From assembly GCA_038231435.1 (NCBI GenBank), contig JBBRLJ010000005.1:1-64000 (forward strand): a DNA stretch of 64,000 nucleotides. Direction: 5' to 3'. Under the pieces are notes generated by a model. It saw nothing but the letters and a program-made list of their open reading frames with translations, was not told the origin of the DNA and did not search any database. This stretch comes from Planctomycetota bacterium (lineage in GTDB: Bacteria; Planctomycetota; UBA11346). Both the position numbers and the translations under genes were made by a program. The stretch's first letter is position 1. Each line of letters opens with the position of its first letter. Below are positions 58,408 through 64,000 of the stretch, piece by piece.

Positions 58408-58415
58408 ATGCCGAA

Positions 58416-58988
58416 ATGAGCCAGCCCTCACCATCCGCTCCCGAGCGATCCGGCGCCACCGTCGTCATCACCCACCGCGTGCTCCCCGGCAGGCACGACG
58501 AGTACGAGGAGTGGCTGACGGAAATCGGAGCCGCGTGCCGTGGGTCGGTCGGCTTCCTGGATCACCAGATCATCCGGCCCATCCAGGATCTGTCGGCCAC
58601 CTACACGGTCGTCATCGGTTTCGACACCGCGGAGCACGTCCGGGCCTGGGTCGAATCGGAAGAGCGCCGCGTGCTGATCGAGAAGGCGAAGCCGTTCCTG
58701 CAGACGGACAATGCCTATGCCATCCACAGCGGTCTGGATTTCTGGTTCATGCCCACGGGAGTGCGAGCGCAGGAGCCAGTGCGCTGGAAGCAGTTCCTGG
58801 TCATCTGGTCCGCTATCTATCCCTTATCCTTCGGTGTGCCGTTGCTGGTCGTGCCAGCGCTGGCTCAGCTGGGCATCGTGAATCGGGCAATCGTCACTCT
58901 GCCGGTCACGGCAATCATGGTAGGGCTGATGGTCTATGTGGTGATGCCGCGCTATACGAAGCTGGTGCGGAAGTGGTTGTTCACCTGA
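58416..58988 (+). CDS. ABM-fold membrane protein
   Basis: VITHRV..YEEWL..W..SEER..GLDFWF..WKQFLV..YP..MPRYTK. Confidence 0.85.
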   Translation: MSQPSPSAPERSGATVVITHRVLPGRHDEYEEWLTEIGAACRGSVGFLDHQIIRPIQDLSATYTVVIGFDTAEHVRAWVESEERRVLIEKAKPFLQTDNAYAIHSGLDFWFMPTGVRAQEPVRWKQFLVIWSAIYPLSFGVPLLVVPALAQLGIVNRAIVTLPVTAIMVGLMVYVVMPRYTKLVRKWLFT

Positions 58989-59112
58989 ATCGAAGCAGGG
59001 GGCCTGGCAGAAGCCCGGATCTCCACCGGAGCTGGTCCAAGAAAATCACAGGAAGTTGGTCACGCATACCGGGTCCATCGACACCCGTGATTACCGTGCA
59101 ACAATTTTCCCC

Positions 59113-59718
59113 ATGGGCATCCTCCACTACCTCTTCTTCCGCCCCCGCGCTCCCCGCTCAGCCGAAAAGCTCCGCGATCAGCTTTTCGAGGCCGTCGCCC
59201 GTGGCGATGAGCGGCGCCTCCTCTCACTGGCCAACACCTGGAACGACCTGATCCGCGCCGAGTTCAAACATTGGCAGACGATGCCCAAGGCCCTCATTGG
59301 CAACCGCGCCTACGAGGCCTGGTACGGCAAGGGGTTGGTCGGCGTGGCGGAATTCTACCGGCGCTGTGGCGTCAGCGCGCTGATGGATCAACTGATCGGC
59401 GATGGCGCGGAGAATCCACTCATCCGCTGGCGTGATACGTACACGCAGGCGACCGCGTTGCTCGATGCCACGCAGGCCGAGGCGGTGGTCGCGCTGCTCG
59501 AGCCGATCCTCGCCGAATTGACGACCTCGGGCGGATCGGCGGTTGACATGTACCAGCCCCGCTGCCTGGGCTTACGAGGGGCGGCATATCACCAGCTTGG
59601 CCATCAGGCGCGGGCACGCACGGATACGCTGGCGGCGCTGCGCATGTGCCAGGAACTGGGCGATGCAGAGGGCCTCGCCACGTACACGCGCAATCTGGAG
59701 ATGATCGAGCAGGGGTGA
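59113..59718 (+). CDS. TPR-like hypothetical protein
   Basis: CLGLRGAAYHQLG..ALRMCQELGD. Confidence 0.65.
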   Translation: MGILHYLFFRPRAPRSAEKLRDQLFEAVARGDERRLLSLANTWNDLIRAEFKHWQTMPKALIGNRAYEAWYGKGLVGVAEFYRRCGVSALMDQLIGDGAENPLIRWRDTYTQATALLDATQAEAVVALLEPILAELTTSGGSAVDMYQPRCLGLRGAAYHQLGHQARARTDTLAALRMCQELGDAEGLATYTRNLEMIEQG

Positions 59719-59956
59719 GACTGCGGTCTGAGTTCGTAGCAGGAAGCGTCGGACGGCACGAAATTTGGGGATAGCGTGGCCGGCACTCTCAACCTGGAAT
59801 GCCGCGAAGCATTGTTGAGGAGCCAAGCTATGAATGGGGCGGTTCTCATCGCTAGGCTCCGGGCGCCCTGAAGGATTTCGACCACCACGACGTTCCCTGT
59901 CCAATTGCGGGGCGCCCTCGAGCCATGACGATGGCACGTATCGCGAGGCACGCCCC

Positions 59957-60781
59957 ATGCTCACTCCCCAGCAGCACGCATTCTTCCACACCTTCGGCTA
60001 TCTCGCCTTCCCGGGCCTCTTCGCCGACCGCATCGCGGCCATCCAGTCCGACTTCGAGGCGCTGTGGGCGGCGCGCGGCGGCGGACACGGCGGCAAGCCG
60101 CACAATGGGCGCGAGCGCTCGTGCATCGGCGGCTTCATCGATCTGAGCGAGCCGCTGTCGGCGCTGGTCGACGATCCGCGCATCCTTGGCATCGCCAGCG
60201 ACCTGCTCGGTGAGGACTTCAATTACATGGGCAGCGACGGCAATTTCTATGTCGGCGACACCGGCTGGCATTCCGACGGCTGGAGCACCGAGCTGCTCAA
60301 CATCAAGATCGCCTTCTACCTCGATCCGCTGAAGCGTGACAACGGCTGCCTGCGCGTGATCCCGGGCAGCCATCAGGTCGGCGACCACTATGCCGAGGCG
60401 CTCCATGCCAAGCTCGGTGACTGCGGACTCGCGGGCAAGGACGTGCCCGCGGTCGCGCTCGAGGTGGTGCCGGGCGACATCCTGCTCTTCAATCACAACA
60501 CCAAGCACGCGTCCTTCGGCGGCGATGCGCGCCGTCGCATGTTCACCATGAACCTGTCCCAGCGCTGCCCCGAGCGCCTGCTACCGAAGTTCCGCGAGGG
60601 CCTGACCGGCGCCGCGCGCTTCTGGGTCGAGGAGCCGTACTGGGGCCCGTCCGCCCCGATGATCCGTACCGCGAGCCCGGAGCGGATGCGGCATCTCGAG
60701 CAGGTGATCGCGAATTTCAGCCATGTCGCCGAATTCGCGCGCAAGGCGAAGCTGGAGATGGCAGAGCCGGCGAGGGGCTGA
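59957..60781 (+). CDS. Phytanoyl-CoA dioxygenase family protein
   Basis: FHTFGYL; WHSD; NGCLRVIPGSH; GDILLFN..H. Confidence 0.9.
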   Translation: MLTPQQHAFFHTFGYLAFPGLFADRIAAIQSDFEALWAARGGGHGGKPHNGRERSCIGGFIDLSEPLSALVDDPRILGIASDLLGEDFNYMGSDGNFYVGDTGWHSDGWSTELLNIKIAFYLDPLKRDNGCLRVIPGSHQVGDHYAEALHAKLGDCGLAGKDVPAVALEVVPGDILLFNHNTKHASFGGDARRRMFTMNLSQRCPERLLPKFREGLTGAARFWVEEPYWGPSAPMIRTASPERMRHLEQVIANFSHVAEFARKAKLEMAEPARG

Positions 60782-60801
60782 GCCGCCAGGTGGGCGGTGA
60801 T

Positions 60802-62607
60802 CTAGTCGCCGCCCATGGCGCGCAGGTAGCTCGCTCGCAACGCCGCCGCATCGCGCGCCGGCGCCAGGCAGCGGTCGCCGATGCACAGGTACATCACGCC
60901 GGACGGATCTGCGGGGTAGCCTTCTCCAGGCCCCGGCCACGGTCCGGACGCGGGATCCCACCGATCGATGCGCAGATAGGCGGTGGGCAATCCCAGCGCC
61001 GCCGTGATCAGCGGCTGGAGCGCCGTGGGATCGCCGACCGCGACGGCGTGCACGGGCTCGCGTCCGAGCTCGTCAGCGACGAGCAGCGCGCTCGCCGCGG
61101 GCCGGCGGCTGGCGATCGCTGGCGCCGAGATGAAGGAGAACGCCCGCAGCGCCATCGCGCGCCAGCGTTGGTCTCCGCTGCAGCGCGCATAGGCGTTGGC
61201 GCAGCGCGCGAGCGCGACGTTTTCGTCACGCTGCGGGCGTGACGCGGGATCACCGCGCGCGGTGCGGTAGCCTGCGCCAGGAGGATCCGCGAAGCCGTCG
61301 ATCGCGGCCAGCGTGCGCTCGAGCGCCATGCGCCACGCGGAGTCGCCATCAGCGATCCAAAGAGCCATGAGCGCCTGGGCCATGGCGACCGAATCCCCGA
61401 GATACGCACCATCGACGTCCTGGTCGACAGCGGCGTCATCGTGCATGAACGCGCCGTCCGGACGCTGCCGATGCGCCAGGGCCCAGCGCGCGGTGATGCG
61501 CGCCTCGTCGAGTATCGCCGGATCGCCGATGGCGTTTGCGTACGCCACCAGTGCGCGGATCGCCCAGCCGTTCTCGCGGGTGTAGCGGTGTCGGTCGACG
61601 CGCGGCATGCCGAGCGCGCGACGCGCGGAGTCGTCGAGGGCGAAATATCCGGCAGCGTGCTCGCCCTGGACGAGGTCGGCATCCTGGCTGGTGAAGAACG
61701 CGCCATCGGGCGCGCGCAGGAAGGTGGTCAGATAACGATGGATCGCCTCCGCCGCGTCGCGCCACGCCGGATCCCGATCGCGCGCGTAGGTCAGCGAGAA
61801 GCAGCGCAGACCGTCGGTCTGCACCGCCATGATCTTCTCGAAATGCGGTTCCTCCCAGCCTCCGCCCGCGGAATACTGGTACAGGCCGCCCCACGCCGGG
61901 TCGAGCAGCGACGTGCGCACATGCGCCAGGGTCTCGAGCGCCATGCGCCCGGCGTCGCCAGCGCCGCCCTGGACGAGGCCGTACTCGATCGCATCGGCAT
62001 CGAGATACTTGTGCACCGTGCCCCAACCGCCGTGGACCCGGTCGTACGCCGCGCGGTAGTCGGCCTCGAGTTCTGCCCGCTGCGCCGCGGGCAATGATTC
62101 CGCCCCGCCCGCGGAAGACGGAGGCGGCACCACCGACGGGCCCGGCGAGGGATCGTCGATGATCGCCTGCAGGAGCGACATCATCCGCTCTGGCGGGATG
62201 TATCCGGAGCGCACCGCGATCTCGCTGCCATCGGCGGCGAAGATCACCGTCGCTGGCCAGCCGTAGTCCTCGTAGCGATTCGCGAGATCCGGCCGCTGCT
62301 CCTGGTTGACGCGCACCGGCAGGTACCTGGCCGCGATCAGGCGGACGACCTCGGGATCACGGTAGGTGGTGGCCTCCATCACGTGGCACCAATGGCACCA
62401 CTCGGCCTCGAGATCGAGGATGACGAAGCGCTGCTCGCGCCGTGCCTGCGCGAAGGTGTCGGGCGTGAGCACCTGCCACGGGATCGACGAGGCTTCCTCC
62501 GGTACGGACGCCGGGACGGATTCGGCGCAGGAGCAGCGGGAGGATGCGAACCACATCGCCACCAGAGCTGTTGCCAGCATCGAAAAGCCATTCGCTGAGC
62601 GGTTCAT
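60802..62607 (-). CDS. Thioredoxin-domain (DUF255, YyaL/SPATA20-like) protein
   Basis: WCHWCHVM; GWPAT; PHFEK. Confidence 0.9.
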   Translation of the reverse strand: MNRSANGFSMLATALVAMWFASSRCSCAESVPASVPEEASSIPWQVLTPDTFAQARREQRFVILDLEAEWCHWCHVMEATTYRDPEVVRLIAARYLPVRVNQEQRPDLANRYEDYGWPATVIFAADGSEIAVRSGYIPPERMMSLLQAIIDDPSPGPSVVPPPSSAGGAESLPAAQRAELEADYRAAYDRVHGGWGTVHKYLDADAIEYGLVQGGAGDAGRMALETLAHVRTSLLDPAWGGLYQYSAGGGWEEPHFEKIMAVQTDGLRCFSLTYARDRDPAWRDAAEAIHRYLTTFLRAPDGAFFTSQDADLVQGEHAAGYFALDDSARRALGMPRVDRHRYTRENGWAIRALVAYANAIGDPAILDEARITARWALAHRQRPDGAFMHDDAAVDQDVDGAYLGDSVAMAQALMALWIADGDSAWRMALERTLAAIDGFADPPGAGYRTARGDPASRPQRDENVALARCANAYARCSGDQRWRAMALRAFSFISAPAIASRRPAASALLVADELGREPVHAVAVGDPTALQPLITAALGLPTAYLRIDRWDPASGPWPGPGEGYPADPSGVMYLCIGDRCLAPARDAAALRASYLRAMGGD

Positions 62608-62726
62608 CGCGGGTCCTCGCTGGTGGCGTCACGGTCGGCGCCGACGGTCTTGCCGACGTTATTCCAATAGTACGTCCCGCGCGAGGTGGTGGATGTGCGC
62701 AGGGAAACAGCCCTCGACGGTCCCGC

Positions 62727-64000
62727 TCAGGCTTCTTCGGCCCTGCGCGTCATCACCAGCTCCTCGAGATCGAGCTCGCGCTGGATGGTGCGCAGGATGT
62801 CGTCGCCGATTGCGCCGCGATCGCGCAGCATGATGACGGCCTCGCGTTCGGCCTTGAGCACCTGGCGGTTGATGTCCAGGAGCTGCGCGGCGAGGATCGA
62901 CGAGCCGACATTGTCCGGCTGCTGCTCTGAGCCCGAGCGCACGTGGCGACGCATGTGGTGGTGGGTCTGGATCTGCCGCAGCACCTCCTCGGGCAGGCTG
63001 CGTTCCAGCGCCAGCGCGGCGAGGCGATCGCCACCGGCCTGGGACAGCTCGCGACGCGCGAGGTGGTCCTCATCGGATTCGGAGCTGTCGTCGGGCATGG
63101 TCGAGCGCCTGATGAGCGGCCGCAGCGTTACGCCCTGGACCACCAGCGTGACCAGGATGACCGTGAACGAGATCACCAGGATGGCGTGGCGGCCGGGGAA
63201 TGGCGTGCCGTCGTCGACCGCGAGCGGCACGGCGAGCGCGGTGACCAGGGTGTCGCCACCGCGAATGCCCGTCCAGGCCACGAACAGGGTCTCGCTGAAC
63301 GATCCACGTCGGGGCGAGTCCTTGCCCCTGGCCAGCCGGCCCGCCCATGATCCGACGAACACGAACAGCACGCGTACCACGATCACCACCGCGCAGACGA
63401 TCCCGGCGGCGCCCAACAGCGCCATCTCGCCGTTGCCGACGACCTCGGCGCCGAGCCGTCCGAGCTGCAGGCCGATGAGCAGGAAGATCAGGCCGTTGAG
63501 GATGAAGAGCACCAGCGACCAAACCTGCTGCGACTGCACGCGCGTGGCCGCGTCGACCAGCCTGGGCGCCTTGCGCCCGAGCAGCAGCCCGGTGGTGACC
63601 ACCGCGACGACACCCGAGGTGCCGGCCCATTCCGCCGGCAGGTAGGCGGCGAAGGCGGTCATCAGCGACAGCGTGTTCGCGACGATCGGATCGCTGATGT
63701 GGCGGCGCAGCCAGGTCACGCCCAGCGCCACCAGCCAGCCAATGACGAAGGCGCCGACCGCGGTGTAGACGAGCAGCGGCACCACGTGCCATGCGGTGAA
63801 GTGCCCGGTCACGGTCGCGGCGATCGCCAAGCGGTAGGTAGTGAACGCGGTGACGTCGTTGAACAGCGTCTCGCCTTCGAGCAGCGACACCAGGCGGCGC
63901 GGTAGGCCCAGGCGCCGGGCGATGGCGATGGTCACCGCCGCGTCGGGCGGCGAGACGATGGCGCCGAGCACCACCGCGGGAGCCCATTCCAGGTGGGGTG
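62727..64000 (-). CDS. CPA1 Na+/H+ antiporter (5' end beyond the window)
   Basis: LGAIVSPPDA; EGETLFND; WTGIRG; ELDLEE. Confidence 0.92.
   Translation of the reverse strand, partial: PHLEWAPAVVLGAIVSPPDAAVTIAIARRLGLPRRLVSLLEGETLFNDVTAFTTYRLAIAATVTGHFTAWHVVPLLVYTAVGAFVIGWLVALGVTWLRRHISDPIVANTLSLMTAFAAYLPAEWAGTSGVVAVVTTGLLLGRKAPRLVDAATRVQSQQVWSLVLFILNGLIFLLIGLQLGRLGAEVVGNGEMALLGAAGIVCAVVIVVRVLFVFVGSWAGRLARGKDSPRRGSFSETLFVAWTGIRGGDTLVTALAVPLAVDDGTPFPGRHAILVISFTVILVTLVVQGVTLRPLIRRSTMPDDSSESDEDHLARRELSQAGGDRLAALALERSLPEEVLRQIQTHHHMRRHVRSGSEQQPDNVGSSILAAQLLDINRQVLKAEREAVIMLRDRGAIGDDILRTIQRELDLEELVMTRRAEEA

Overview
GC-rich bacterial chromosome segment, probably Planctomycetota (inferred from an H-X9-DG prepilin-like protein, a DLG-type Ser/Thr kinase and many secreted carbohydrate-active or Ig-fold proteins). 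The first ~9.4 kb is an accessory island abutting a tRNA-Gly(GCC) at 9334-9410 (-). It holds a compact ~5.7 kb integrative replicon (tyrosine integrase, divergent regulator/excisionase pair, stand-alone primase N-terminal domain, Toprim-DUF3987 primase-helicase) with no packaging or conjugation genes. Its ends appear to be a 13-bp inverted repeat abutting non-identical 7-bp overlaps, one of which is the tRNA anticodon loop. To its left lie a ~135-bp imperfect palindrome, IS66 debris and a decayed Rhs gene whose PLA2-like toxin and probable immunity gene are intact and re-started by a putative IS66 end. The remaining ~54 kb looks like core chromosome: hemJ, a ZRANB3-like HNH, SRAP, glycoside hydrolases, a fused double-AraC regulator, a porin/periplasmic-binding-protein/two-kinase cluster, an LpxL-type acyltransferase, a Ser/Thr kinase-TPR lipoprotein-FadL-like barrel-Ig surface protein operon containing a REP-like repeat, and a Na+/H+ antiporter running off the right edge. 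All assignments come from motif recognition by eye; no searches were run.
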